Notes: generated from the letters alone by a model not told the origin. A DNA stretch of 64,000 bases from Octopus vulgaris (GCA_951406725.2 OX597818.1:6696001-6760000), one strand, 5' to 3'. Shown: positions 1 through 12,761, numbered from the stretch's first letter. Numbers and translations: made by a program.

Positions 1-333
1 TTAAAATTAAGCTTTCATTTTTATATTATACTACGGAAGGCGTTAGGAAATTTACTTCTTGTATGACTTAAAGGATAAGTCGTTGTTTAGTAACGCATTT
101 ATTAGTTGGTTGTAATTTACTTATTGAATTTATTTACCGATACGGTTGTATATAGGGTAAACGTGTTTGAGAGTTTTGGTTTCCTTGGTATGTTTGTTGA
201 CACCGCCGGATTGAATGGTACTGCCTAGGTAACAAAACCATAATGATATCTCTGGGGCAGCCGATGATGGAGGTATATTGGATTCTTGTTTGACTTTTTT
301 CATATATGTGGAATAGTATTATAACATCCTTTT

Positions 334-395
<62 letters not shown>

Positions 396-672
396 ATGTA
401 TGTATAGTATTGTATTGAAAATATTGTTTGTACATTTTTCTATAATTCCGATGGTGGGAACTAGATATATAACAGTTAAGATGTTATCGCTAAGATGATA
501 TTAATGCTGGGAGAAACAACACAAGCTTTTTCTACACACTACATTTTCGGATTTATTTTGTTTTGGACAGTTCATCCATTGCCTATATCAGTATTTTAGT
601 GCTATCATAGGAATGTCGAACTAGCTAGCTATTTTTCCATTTCATTTAATTTCTGCACATTCTTTCTCTCTC

Positions 673-719
<47 letters not shown>

Positions 720-830
720 CCCTCTCTCTCTCTCTCTATCTTTCTCTCTTTAACCTGAGAAGGGAACATGATGATTAAAATAATTAACACTGATTCTTTT
801 GTAATTTCTTTTCCCTAAATTCAGCAGTCC

Positions 831-896
<66 letters not shown>

Positions 897-1122
897 ATGT
901 ATATATATATATATATGTATGTATGTATAGTTATAGATATATATGTGTGTGTTTGTATGCATTTACGTATGTATGTATCAGCTGTAGCTTTAATTAATGT
1001 TTAAATGTTGGTAATATGTGTAAATTACATTTCGCTATTGTTATTTGGATTCGTAGATATTTTGTACTAACTCCACTTCTTCTGCGATGTTTAAGTAAGA
1101 CGGCGAAATGGCAGAATTGTTA

Positions 1123-2383
1123 CGAGGGGCGTTCAATAAGTAATGCCCTTGACCCACTTCCCATAGCGGTAGAGCAACGACACTTGGCACAGTTATTAGT
1201 CTTTTCCTACATAGGAACTACCCAGAATTATGCATTTCTCCCATCGTTTGAGACCGTTTTTGTAGAAGACCCCAGCTTGGTCCTCCAACCACGACGTGAC
1301 TTCAGAAATCAAGGCTGCACCATCTAGGAAACGCTTTCCTTTCAAAATCAACTTCATGACTGGGAAGAGATGAAAATCAGAGGGGGCAAGGGGAGGAGTT
1401 CATAGCTGTACGCCTGTGCTTCTGATCTGGCGACACGCGAGTTGTGGACCGGAGCGTTGTCCTGCAGGAGGAGGATGCCTTTGCTGATCTTGCCCCGCCT
1501 CTTGATTTTGATAGCTTCTCTTAATTTCCTCAAAAGTGAAGCATAATAGGCTCCTGTAATTGTGGTACCCTTTGCCAGGAAATCTGTCATCACTACTCTG
1601 TCTTGGTCCCAGAAGACCGTGAGCATAACCTTGTCAGCGGAGGGCTGCACCCTTGCCTTCTTTGGAGGAGGTGAGTCACGGTGCTTTCACTGCATTGACT
1701 GGGCTTTGGTCTATGGATCATAGTGATGGACCCAGGTTTTATCCTGTGTGATCAGTCTTTTGAAAACTTTTGACTCATCTTCTTGGCACATCTCCAAATT
1801 CATCCTTGAGTACTCGACGCGTTCTTGCTTCTGGAAAGGTGTGAGCAACCTGGAAATCCATCTAGCAGACACCTTTTGCATATGCAAATGGTCATGAATG
1901 ATAGTTTTCACAGACCCGGTATTAATCTTGACCTCAAGGGCTATTTGGCGAATAGTTATGCGTTGACCTTCCAAAATGGCAGCCTCAACTTGACGGACAG
2001 ACGTCTCATCGACGGCAGAAGGGGGCGACCAGATCTGGGAGCTGTTTCTACAGAGTTCCGACTATGTTTGAATTCACAATGCCAGCGTTTTACAAGGTCA
2101 TATGATGGGGCATCATCACCATAAGTTACTTTCATTTCATCAAAAGTCTCCCATGGTGTGCGTCCTTTCAAATACAAAAACCGGATCACTGCTCGACACT
2201 CAACAGGCTCCATTTCACACTTGACTCAGTTCAAACACCTGTAAATCAGAAACCACAATTAGTTCAGAGCTGAAATTCACCATTTAATCTATAGAGGTAT
2301 AAATAAGTGCACATGCAAAATTTCAGCTAGATCATCAAACAACTGCAAGTGGGTCAGGGGCATTACCTATTGAACGCCCCTCG
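1123..2383 (-). mobile_element. mariner (DD34D, irritans/Himar1-like) DNA transposon, full length
   Basis: TIRs CGAGGGGCGTTCAATAAGTAATGCCCTTGACCCACTT (1123..) and AAGTGGGTCAGGGGCATTACCTATTGAACGCCCCTCG (..2383); TA duplicated at 1121-1122 and 2384-2385; ~1.26 kb. Confidence 0.95.
1196..2213 (-). pseudogene. mariner transposase pseudogene
   Basis: ORF fragments MEPVECRAVIRFLYLKG..., ARWISRLL, ITQDKTWVHHYDP, KVMLTVFWD, LQDNAPVH; frameshifts, and the YSPDL motif is missing near 1385. Confidence 0.92.
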
Positions 2384-2726
2384 TAACACGCTGAGCAAAA
2401 CGTTTAACGCCATTTCCTCCATGTTCACGTTCTGAGTTCAAATTCCACTTTGCTTTTCTTCTTTTCGAAATCGATAATGTAACTACCATTTGAACCTTCG
2501 TGCAATATTTGAAGTTTACCTGACGATTTCAAAAAGTCGGATAACGTAAGATATATTCTTGCTGGCATCGTCAGATTATCGAAATATCAGTATTTTATTT
2601 CAGAAGCACCATATTCATGACGATAATATTTTTGTAAATTTCACTCAATAATCGTCATTCCATTTTTGTTTCACAAAAGATTTACAGTAATATCAACATA
2701 TGGAAAAGGCAATCTAAGTAAGGTAA

Positions 2727-3730
2727 TCTAGTATATATACATCACAATATGTGTATGATATTGATTAACGCATACATTTCCACAATTCTCCGATTTTCAC
2801 CAAATTTTACATAAACATTATTTATGTCCCAAGGATGGTCACACACTAAATGGATAAACCACGTAAATGGATAAACCGGAAAAAATGTGGTTCACACGGT
2901 TTGTTTTATCTAATTCGTTGTATGTACATAGCTTTTTTGTATGTAGGGCCTTCAGTACTTTTTAAATCTATATGTTCATATATTGGCATTAGAGAACATA
3001 TGTTTTAGTGGTTTTCACATCTTATTTATTAATTATTTATATTTTGGACTTCTGTATTATCACTTGGCTAGAAAATATTATTAAAAGTAAAAGGATTTTG
3101 TCTATTTATTTCGCCTCTCCATCTACCACAGCGATTAAATTGACTAGGAACATTATTTGCGATGAAAATCGAATACCATACAATCTTAATCTCCATATTT
3201 AATCTGCATTAAACTTTGGCGAGCTTGCCTTTACCTATTCTGAGTTACTTGAAAGGTGATGTTCCCTTTCCTCTCTTCTATTTCTTGATACTTTTGTTTA
3301 CTTACCAATGCGTTGTTTCACTTTAAGGATGCTTATTTTACCCATCCATTATGATATTTCGAACGCGAAATCTTTTCACAGTAAACTGTTAAAGATTAAA
3401 AGCAATATTCGTGAACTGAAGTCAAACTCTTTATGTCTTCTTTTCGTTACCTGAAGTCAATTTCAGAATGGTCGGACACTGTAATTACGTAGTAAATACA
3501 TTCCTTTAACTGTATGTTTAAAGTAGGTATTATATTGCCATTTTTGAACGTACCAGTCATACTTCTCTGAAAACAATAGCACCACTTGCTGTTGAATAAA
3601 ATAAACTTCCAGAGGGAAGTTCCAACGTCTTCCTTCAATTTGCATACACTATTTATGTGGCTGTTTCTGACAGGAAATTTCGCTTTCATGTAAAACAACT
3701 ATATTTTGTAGTCATTATCCGTAATCTACT
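2727..3730 (+). mobile_element. non-autonomous repeat, probably Helitron-like (copy 1)
   Basis: Starts A|TCTAGTATATATACATCAC; long blocks shared with 33795-34950 (CATACATTTCCACAATTCTC..CCGATTTTCACCAAA; TTACCTATTCTGAGTTACTTGAAAGGTGATG; GAAATTTCGCTTTCATGTA); no clear 3' CTAG. Confidence 0.55.
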
Positions 3731-3800
3731 TGAAAATTTAGAGCATATTGGCTTGAGGCTTCCTTGCTGTAGCCTCGTGGACATATTCTCGTCCTAGGCT

Positions 3801-3895
3801 TCTCTGCTGATGAGACACGCCAGTTGTAAGCAAATTTAATTTAATTTAATTAATTTGTTTACCTAAGTTTGTCGAAACTTTGCATAGTCCAGAGA
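3801..3895 (+). ncRNA. type I hammerhead ribozyme
   Basis: Stem I TCTCTG/CAGAGA; core CTGATGA (3807-3813); stem II GACA/TGTC with inner pairing GTAAGCAAATT/AATTTGTTTAC; GAAA (3874-3877); near-palindromic stem III ACTTTGCATAGT; GUC cleavage triplet ending 3889. Confidence 0.8.
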
Positions 3896-4114
3896 TGAAA
3901 AAGGGTAAATGTTTTTATTTCTCTTCCAATTTCAGAATTACAACTATTTAGCAGTTTGAGTTTGGCTGCTCTTTCTAGTGAGTCGAATGGCCTATCAGGG
4001 CCATTCCTATATTGTTGAGTGTATATTATATAGTCTTTGACTATTTTTTCTTTCTCACTAGACCGCTGGTAGCGGAGAATTTTTTCTAGAATTTTTTTGC
4101 TACCCTGATATTTA

Positions 4115-4194
<80 letters not shown>

Positions 4195-4454
4195 CTATGC
4201 TCATATAGGTAATTACATACTCGAAAACAGACGATCAACGTATGGAATTTAATTAGTTCTGAGATATCTGTCCATTTACGTGAATGTGTAATGTAAATCT
4301 AACATGCATAATGCACTTATCGATAAGCATGATGCATTTAATTTACATACGTAATGTGTATGCGCGTGTATGTGTATCTGTTTGTGCCTGTGAGGGACTG
4401 TGTGTCTCTGCGTGGGTACGTGAGCTGGCGCGCGTGTGTATATGCGTGTATTTG

Positions 4455-4620
4455 GTTCAAGATGATGCAAAAAACAAGACAGAGGGAGGTGAAGTAACAA
4501 TAAACAAGGTGTATTATTCCCCGCTTACGACGCCTTATACGTTTCGAGCCTAGGCCCATCTACGGAAACAGAAGAGAGGGGGAAAAAGGTAGGAAGAAAA
4601 AACGTGCATGGATTTACTGT
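4455..4620 (-). repeat. short repeat with degenerate hammerhead-like motif (related to 26624-26825)
   Basis: Minus strand CCGTAGAT-GGGC-CTAG-GCTC-GAAACGT; flank resembles 26760-26805. Confidence 0.45.
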
Positions 4621-4632
4621 TGCACACACAAA

Positions 4633-4724
<92 letters not shown>

Positions 4725-5860
4725 CTAGTGCAATTAGCGATCCAGTAGAGCATTTAGCATCATTTTAAAATAATTTATATATTTCTATATCTTTATAACT
4801 TTATGCACACGATAAGTGAATCAAGCATTACTCAGTCTAACAGAAACCCCAAAAGCGTTTTGCGGTTAAACTAAAAATCGTATTGAAATAAAATGTTATC
4901 TTCGATTTATATTACACATTCTCGTGAGGGGTCAGATTTCCTGGAACTAATTATATTCGATTTGTTGATTATCTATTTAAGAGTATTTAATTACGCATAT
5001 GGGCATAGACAAAAAGTTTTAATGTTAAAACAATGTCGTTTGTTATGTGGCAAGCAGACTTTATGAATTCCAGAAATTCCTGTCCAATATTCAGAGATTT
5101 ATCGCTAATTTGTATAAACTTAATCCTCATTACGCACACTCTTCGCATGTAACAAGTTCTCGAAACTGGTTTAGTTTGTTTCGACAGGGATAAAAATATA
5201 AACCAACCTGTATATAGTAAAACAGTTTTTACAATGAAATTAAGAGTTAATTTCAAATTTCAAAAGAATTTAATTTTAATCCCACTCCTTAAATGGATGT
5301 CCGAGGCCATCTTCCCCCTATGCCTCCTTTGTGTACCCCACTTATGCTACAGACCCTAAGAACTATATTGAAGAACTAAATATCATTAACCTCTATTTAC
5401 GAAAAAGTTATATAAATTTGTCAATATGTATTATCAAACAAAATTTCAAGTTTATATATCAGCGACTACACAACTTGTTTGCGTAGATTCTACATTTCCA
5501 AAAACATGCTAAATGAATAGTGAGTCATATGTTAAAGGTAAGGCAATTATAAATAATTCGATAGTCAGATGACCAAAAATATCGATTGCTTCCGTTAACA
5601 ATATGGATTGCATAAAAATAGAATATCGATCCAATGAACTATTTTCCATATAACTAATATATTTTTATATCAATTAAGCCTAATACTTAATAATACAATG
5701 CGATTGCGAGATATATATTATATTTCGATATTGGTTATCGTCCAGCTGATCAATAAATATAAGCAGACTTTCTGCTCGAATTCCTGGTTTCTTTTCATAT
5801 ATTTGCGCCAGGCTATATGAATAAGATGTATTCAAGACTAGAAAATCTTACATATCTATA

Positions 5861-5909
<49 letters not shown>

Positions 5910-6811
5910 TCTCATTCTCTTTCTCTGTGTGTTTATATATGTATATATATATATCAATAAATAGGTAGGTAGATAGATAGAAACATAGATAGATAGATTG
6001 ATATATACATACATACATACATATTCACGCCATGCTACAAGACTTTAGAAAATGTCCTACCGATGTTTTTAATAAACTCCGGAGAAATTAGAATTTTCTG
6101 AATAATGTAGGTTTGTTTAGAAAACAATAAGCATTAATTTTCATCCAGCCTTTCACCTTCTTGAAAAACTGTCAGGATATATTTTAGTGCTGTAAAATCT
6201 GTATAATTTCATTATATTGTACACGTGTTGATTCGCCATTGCTGAACACATTGTATGCGATCTTTTTCTCGTGACCCCGTTTCATTTTGCCTACATATCA
6301 GGCAAATTAAATTTATTTTATTTAGAATTATAAATTATATTTGGCTTCAAATGCTAAATTCCATTATTCTTCTTTGAATGATATAAGATATAGACAGACA
6401 CACCCACCCCACACACATACACACAGACATGCATATGTGTGTTTAATGCATATATGGATGTGTGCCTAATTGTTGCTATTCACTCTACAAAAACCATCGC
6501 AATCACACACACACATACACACACACAGTTATAATAATAATTGAATTCAACATCTTGAAGCTAAAGTTTGGAAATAACAGAACATAATTCATGATTTGTG
6601 CGCTTGCAGGTTTTTTTAACTATAAACATTTAAGTTTGTGTAGAAATGGATGCAAAATGAAACAGTGAAAGCTATTAGACGCGAACAAGATCGTGTTCAA
6701 ATAGTTTCGAATCAGCTTTAGGCCACCTTTTCTGAAATAATGACTTAATCAAGCTTCCTTCTCCGACTGTATCGACCTGTGCTAATATAACGCAATATAA
6801 ATAGATAAATA

Positions 6812-6839
6812 ACAATGATAATAATAATAATAATAATAA

Positions 6840-6870
<31 letters not shown>

Positions 6871-6971
6871 AAGAAGAAGAAGAAGAAGAAGAAGAAGAAG
6901 AAGAAGAAGAAGAACAACAACAACAACAACAACAACAACAATAATAATGATAGTGAAAATAATAATAATAA
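6812..6971. repeat. compound (AAT)n(AAG)n(AAC)n(AAT)n microsatellite
   Basis: Direct reading. Confidence 0.95.
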
Positions 6972-9900
6972 TGGGGACGTTTAACAGAAAGACACTTGGG
7001 GCATTAAACAAAAGACACCGGGAACGTTTGACATGTGAGAGCGATAAAGTGTGCTCCGAAATCTATCCACAAACATCGGAAATAAAGACATCGCATGGTT
7101 CCAAAAAATAGCTGACAAAGGATTGGACTATATCCGAATAAGTAATACTCATTGAAATTTATTACTATTTTCCAACATCCCCACCTCTCGCACAGCACAT
7201 GTAAACATGCTTGATACATTACGATCCATCAACACCAGACTTTCTCTGGCCCGAAACACCATGTACAAATAAATTAAATACCAGTATTATTCAACCCAAG
7301 AATAACAATCGGGAAGTGCGTACTTTAAACTTGTTACATAAAAAGTACGAAAAACTACACGTGCAAAATATTGTGACAACAGAAATGAACGAACCGTTAC
7401 CCTACGAAAATGACGACCGTCAAAATAAAGGGCCGGATGTTATTCTTCATGTCCCGCAAATAAAAGCAAAAAGCCATAAACGTGAGGAATATATTTCAAT
7501 CCTACACGCTTACTTTACAGCAGTGCTCTACCCACAGAACGAAAACACCTCAACATATACTTCTAAAATCTGGAAGAAAAATAACCAACATAAACACTTC
7601 GATACAACAATGAACCCTAATAAAATAGCTAACATACGAAGATATATTCACAACGCAAAAAAATATCAGAAATAGAAATAGAACATTTAAAAGGAAAAAT
7701 ACATCAGGAAAATGTAGATAGAAGCCACACAACAATGCCAAATAATAAAAGCACTGAGATAGTAAAACACGAAGACAAAAAACAAAAATTCCAGACCGTA
7801 GGGATGCAAAATAATGTACAAAAAGCATCAAACCAAAATATTACAGACAAACATACGAATGAGAAAGAAAGCGAAACAGATCTAAAACCTGGAAACAACG
7901 AAGAGGAACCTAATGATTAAGATACTATAAAAACTAGAATAATCAAAGAACTGAAAACCACAGATATCAGAATGGACCACCGACTATACGTCCCAAAAAT
8001 CAAAATAGACAACAAAACAACATCAATGATAATAGCATAAACCTGGCCGTCAGGGAACTTGTAGTCACTGAAACAAATAGCAATATCACTGAGCTAAATG
8101 ACATAATATATGCAGCAGCCACTGCCGCAACAAAAGAAGCTGGATACTCCCTCAAACCCATCCAAACAGGAGTACCACCATAAATACCCCCCCAATACAA
8201 AAAATTAGAAAAGATCTATCGATTCTTAACGAAATTAATACACAATCAACGCTACTAAGCAACAAAAAGAAAATAAAAATACTGTGCAAATACAACATCA
8301 CAGAGAAAATTTACCTGAGATAAAAGAAAAGCTAAAGCAAGATATCCTTGCCAAAGCACAAAAGATGCGCCGGTATGAGAAGCGGCAACGTTTCTTTGAG
8401 CAAAACAAATAGTTCAACTCCAACCCCAAAAAGTTCTACCAAGAACTTGGGAAAAATAAAATAGACATCACTGCAGCACCAACGGCAGAAGAATTCTGGA
8501 AAGAAATGTGGTCGGTGAATGAACAACCAGAGAAAAGGACTATTAAAACAACAAACTTAGCACCTGAGCAACTCTGGACCCCATAACAACTGAAGAGGTC
8601 ACCCAGGCACTGCAAAGACTTAGCAACTGGAAGGGACCTGGGTACGACAAGATCCCCAAATTCTGGTTGACATATCTGACAGAAATGCAGTAAAAGCTGG
8701 CTAGAAATTTAACGACATACTGGCAGAGCCAGAGACAGTGCCTGAATGGCTCAAGAAAGGGGAAACTATCTTAACTCCCAAACCAATGAAACGGCAAAAC
8801 CACAAATCTACAGACCTATTACCTGTCTCCCTACAGTGTACAAAGCCTTTACTGCAGTAATATCGCAAAGATTGAACAAGCACCTCGACGAAAACAACCT
8901 GTTTCCAAAAGAGCAGAAAGGTTGCTGCAAGGGCTCATATGACTGTAAATATCAACTAATGATCAATAAGGCGATAACTGAAGACAGCCGCAGAAAGAAG
9001 AAAGGCTTCAGTATGGCCTGGATCGACTATTGAAAGGCGTTTGATAGCATTCCCCACACGTGGATCCTCGAAACACTAGCCATTAACAAGGTAGCATCAA
9101 CAATTATAAATAACATAGGACACTATGAATAAATGGCAAACAGTGCTACAGCTCCAAACAAAAGAGGGATTCGTGAAAACCAAAACCATCCCCAGTAGAA
9201 GAGGAATATTCCATGGTGACACGCCCTCTCCACTCCTTTTCCGCTTGGCACTGTCACCTCTATCTGATATGCTAAATGCGGATACAAATGTTATGGCAAT
9301 ACAATCAGCCAACTTTTATATATGGATAACCTAAAACTATACGCTACAAATGACAAACAGCTGGAAACACTACTACAGACATTTCATGGATTTACCAAAG
9401 AAATAGATATGAAATTTGGATTAGAAAAATGCGCCAAAGTAACCATGAAAAGAGGAAAACTAGTTAAGAGTAGCAACATCACACTAGATAAAGCCAATGG
9501 AATAAGAGAATTAGACCAAAGCCAAACTTATAAATGTTTAGAAATCCATGAACTAGATAAGATACAACACACAAATGAAAGAGAAAATAAAGAAAGAATA
9601 CTATAGACGAGTGAGATCAATACTAAAAACAGAGCTCAATGCTAAAAACAAGATAATAGATATTAACACTTTAGCTGTCCCAGTTATAGGTTACAGTTAC
9701 AATATCCTTAACTGGACACTAAATGAACTAACCAAAATAGACAGGAAAACAAGAAAAATAATGACATACACTGTAAGCTATGACAACATTATGGAATAAC
9801 AAGAGAAAAAAGAGTGTATAGGCACACACCAGAAAAAGGTCACAGAAAACGAGAAAGCAACCATACTCTAAGATATGCCAATACACACAGATAGAGAAAT

Positions 9901-10297
9901 TAATGACAACAGGCCAGATAAAGTTGTCAGAGATCATGAAGAAAAAAAATGCTTTCTAATTGACATATCAATACCAGCAGATGACAACGTGTCTCTAAAA
10001 GAAATGGAGAATTTCAAAATACAAAGACTTGGAAATAGAAGTAACTCGAATGTGGAATCTAAAAACAGAAACAATTCTTATCATAGTAGGCGCATTAGGC
10101 ATGATAAAAAATATTCAGACAAATACATAACAAAAACACCAGGACTTACAAATACATATAACATACAGAAAATTGCACTACTATGCATGAAAAAATAGGG
10201 TATAGGCACACACCAGAAAAGGTCACAGAAAACGAGAAAGCAACGATACTCTGGGATATGCCAATACACACAGATAGGGAAATTAATGCTAACAGGC
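6972..10297 (+). mobile_element. R4/Dong-clade RLE non-LTR retrotransposon, degenerate (copy 1)
   Basis: RT motifs YRPITCLPTVYK, MAWIDY, GIFHGDTPSPLLF, MDNLKLYA, MKFGLEKCAK; RLE motif RPDKVVRDHEEKKCFLIDISIP; many stops and frameshifts; internal deletion near 9765; begins right after (TAA)n. Membership of 6972-7350 is inferred. Confidence 0.88.
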
Positions 10298-11555
10298 GTT
10301 TCTTCTCTTGGTCAACGCAGTGGTGGTAACATCGGTCAATAACTGCGGTTGTTCTTCGGTATGTATGCTCAATGGCTGATGTGACGTTGCATATTATTTC
10401 GGGGAATTTGCGTATGTGCTCATGTCATTGGTGCTGTAAATGTTATATGATTTTTATGATGACCAACGTAGGTATATATTTCAGTGATCGTCGAAGGGTA
10501 AGGCTGTGGAAGCACATTGTACTTGTATGTTCCTGATGGTGTTAAGAATTATGTTGCTTATCCGATTTTAGCACGTTTTATTTAATAGTTTGATCACCTC
10601 CCTATTGGTTGCGGACGCGGCCTGACCCAGGCGTAGAAATAGAAGAGTATTGTAGGTAGTTCGCTTGAAGCATTGTGTATTGTTTTTAAACAATAATAAC
10701 AAATAGTAATAATGTGATTTGAATAGCACAGCAATGTACTATAATAACAAAAATGGACTATAATAACTAGTGTAATTTAATCATCCTTAGTCTGATATTA
10801 TATTTCGGAATATAAAAATTCCTCCTTAAGATATCCCTAGGGATTGATCGATCACTGTTACAATCGATTTTCCAACGGATTTTTTCGCCTTTCTTCCTTC
10901 TTCCTTTGTTTTCCTTTTTCTTTCCCCGGAAGTGTCTCTGCACTGGTTGCACGAAGCCCCTTCCGGAATTCCTCGTGAGAAGTGCGTGAGGGCGGCCATA
11001 TCTCAGGCTCGTGTGTGCTGGCACATTCGTAGCTCTTCTTCTAAGTGTTCTAAGTTATGTATTATACGTGCAGTTTCCACTTTTTTTCCTTCTCCTTCCC
11101 TTAAGATGGGAAAAGGGAAGAAGGAAAGAAAAGAGGAAACGTAGAAGCAGCGCTACGGATGTGCCAAATCACACGAGCGTGAGACATGGCCGCCCTCACG
11201 CACTTCTTACGAGGAATTCCGGCAGGATCTTCTTGAGACCAGTGCAGTAACATTTCAGGGGAAAGAAAAAGTAAAAAGGGCACAAAGGAAGAAGGAAGAA
11301 AGGGAAAAATGAAAAAAAAAAACGTCGGAAAATCGATTGTAGCAGTGATCGATCAATCCCTAGGGATATCTGAAGAAGGAATTTTTATATTTCGAAATAC
11401 TATATCAGACTATGGATGATTAAATTACAGCAGTTATTATAGCCCATTGTTGTTATTATAATGCATCGTTGTGCCATTCAAAACAGATTATTACTATTTA
11501 TTATCATTGTTTACAAACAATACAGAATGCTTCAAGCGAACTACAATAATTTCCT
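10298..11555. mobile_element. large inverted-repeat element, probably Penelope-like pLTRs in head-to-head orientation
   Basis: Arms ~10655-11100 and ~11108-11548 are diverged reverse complements; each carries a CTGAAGA-like/hairpin/GAAA motif; right arm ends at (TA)n. Confidence 0.6.
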
Positions 11556-11563
11556 ATATATAT

Positions 11564-11637
<74 letters not shown>

Positions 11638-11640
<3 letters not shown>

Positions 11641-12060
11641 TGTAGGAAGAAATGGAGCTGAACGAAGATTTAACAAAATTCCTTTTTATTATTTTCTACA
11701 TATGTTTGGCTCCTCGTGAGCGTTTGGCGAAAAGCTTGCTGTGCATTTTGTTGGAGAATTAAGTTCCTGGATTTTCCTGAAGAGAAGGCTGCAAAATGGA
11801 CTCCTTATTCAATCCGAATTAGGGACTTTGCAGCTTTTGAAACATATGTAGAAAATAATAAAAAGGAATTTTGTTAAATCTTCGTTCAGCTCCATTTCTT
11901 CCTACACTAAATATATAAAACTTCAAATTTCCGCACTAAGGCACGGATTTTAGGCCCCATGGTCGTAACCTCAACCGTGCTTTTTCTGTTGTGATTTTTG
12001 CTACCCAGGTGTCGGTTATCATTTGAATAATCCGTAATAAGATAATTCCTTTATCTACTT

Positions 12061-12062
<2 letters not shown>
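11638..12062 (+). mobile_element. short hammerhead-containing element with 5' inverted segment, inserted in (TA)n
   Basis: 11638-11708 is a perfect reverse complement of 11840-11910; (TA)n on both sides; both ends recur at 39339-39434. Confidence 0.75.
11771..11856 (+). ncRNA. type I hammerhead ribozyme
   Basis: Stem I ATTTTC/GAAAAT; CTGAAGA (11777-11783); 12 bp stem II GAAGGCTGCAAA/TTTGCAGCTTTT; GAAA (11839-11842); palindromic stem III ACATATGT; GUA cleavage triplet ending 11850. Confidence 0.8.
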
Positions 12063-12132
<70 letters not shown>

Positions 12133-12714
12133 ACTGATGTTTCATTATAATAGGTGTTATGCACGCTGTAAGCCAGGTGAGGTGTGAACATATGGTTAAA
12201 GGACCATAAGAATATATTGATAGTAATAATATATGATGAAACTAAAGAAAACAAGATAATAATATGGTAAGTGCAGTAATTTCATTAAGTGAGCTTATGC
12301 GATCCTCTGAACTAAATAACAGCAAAAAGAAAGTTTTAGAGAGCTATGGAAGGAGGTCATTGTCAAACGACATTTGAATTCAAGGAAATAACTAAAAGTC
12401 TCAAGGAATCTATTACGACGAGACGAGAAGACCTAATGATGCCTATTTCATAATTGTTCTGTAACTGAATAGACATTATAATATGAAGACGAGTGAGATG
12501 TAGAAATGTGAATAAAGGGAGAAATATAAAATCAAACTATATAATAAATTGGTAAAAAAATGTATATTATGCCATTTCCAAAATCTTGGTGTAATGTGAC
12601 ATAAATATGACATCAATTATACTACGTTATACAGTTAACATGGTCTTACCAAATCAATAAGTCATTTAACTGAAAGTCAATGTGACAAAATATATGAAAC
12701 GGAAATAAACGCAC

Positions 12715-12761
<47 letters not shown>

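Larger units (their letters stand above)
1097..2500 (+). mobile_element. tRNA-derived SINE (family B) split by the mariner insertion
   Basis: AAGACGGCGAAATGGCAGAATTGTTA (1097-1122) continues as ACACGCTGAGCAAAACGTTTAACGCCATTT...GTTCTGAGTTCAAATTCC after 2385, matching uninterrupted copies (e.g. 58157-58374). Confidence 0.7.

Noticed and set aside
255-530. CCGATGA / CCGATGG ... GAAA as hammerheads
   Set aside because: Could not build stems I-III convincingly; may be decayed PLE ends
2515-2595. CTGACGA ... GAAA on both strands
   Set aside because: Stem II and stem I registers do not fit a canonical hammerhead; explained by a short inverted repeat
6972-7200. HDV-like ribozyme at the Dong 5' end (GGGGACG / CATCCCC)
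   Set aside because: Order of the pairing elements does not match the P1-P2-P3-P1' nested pseudoknot
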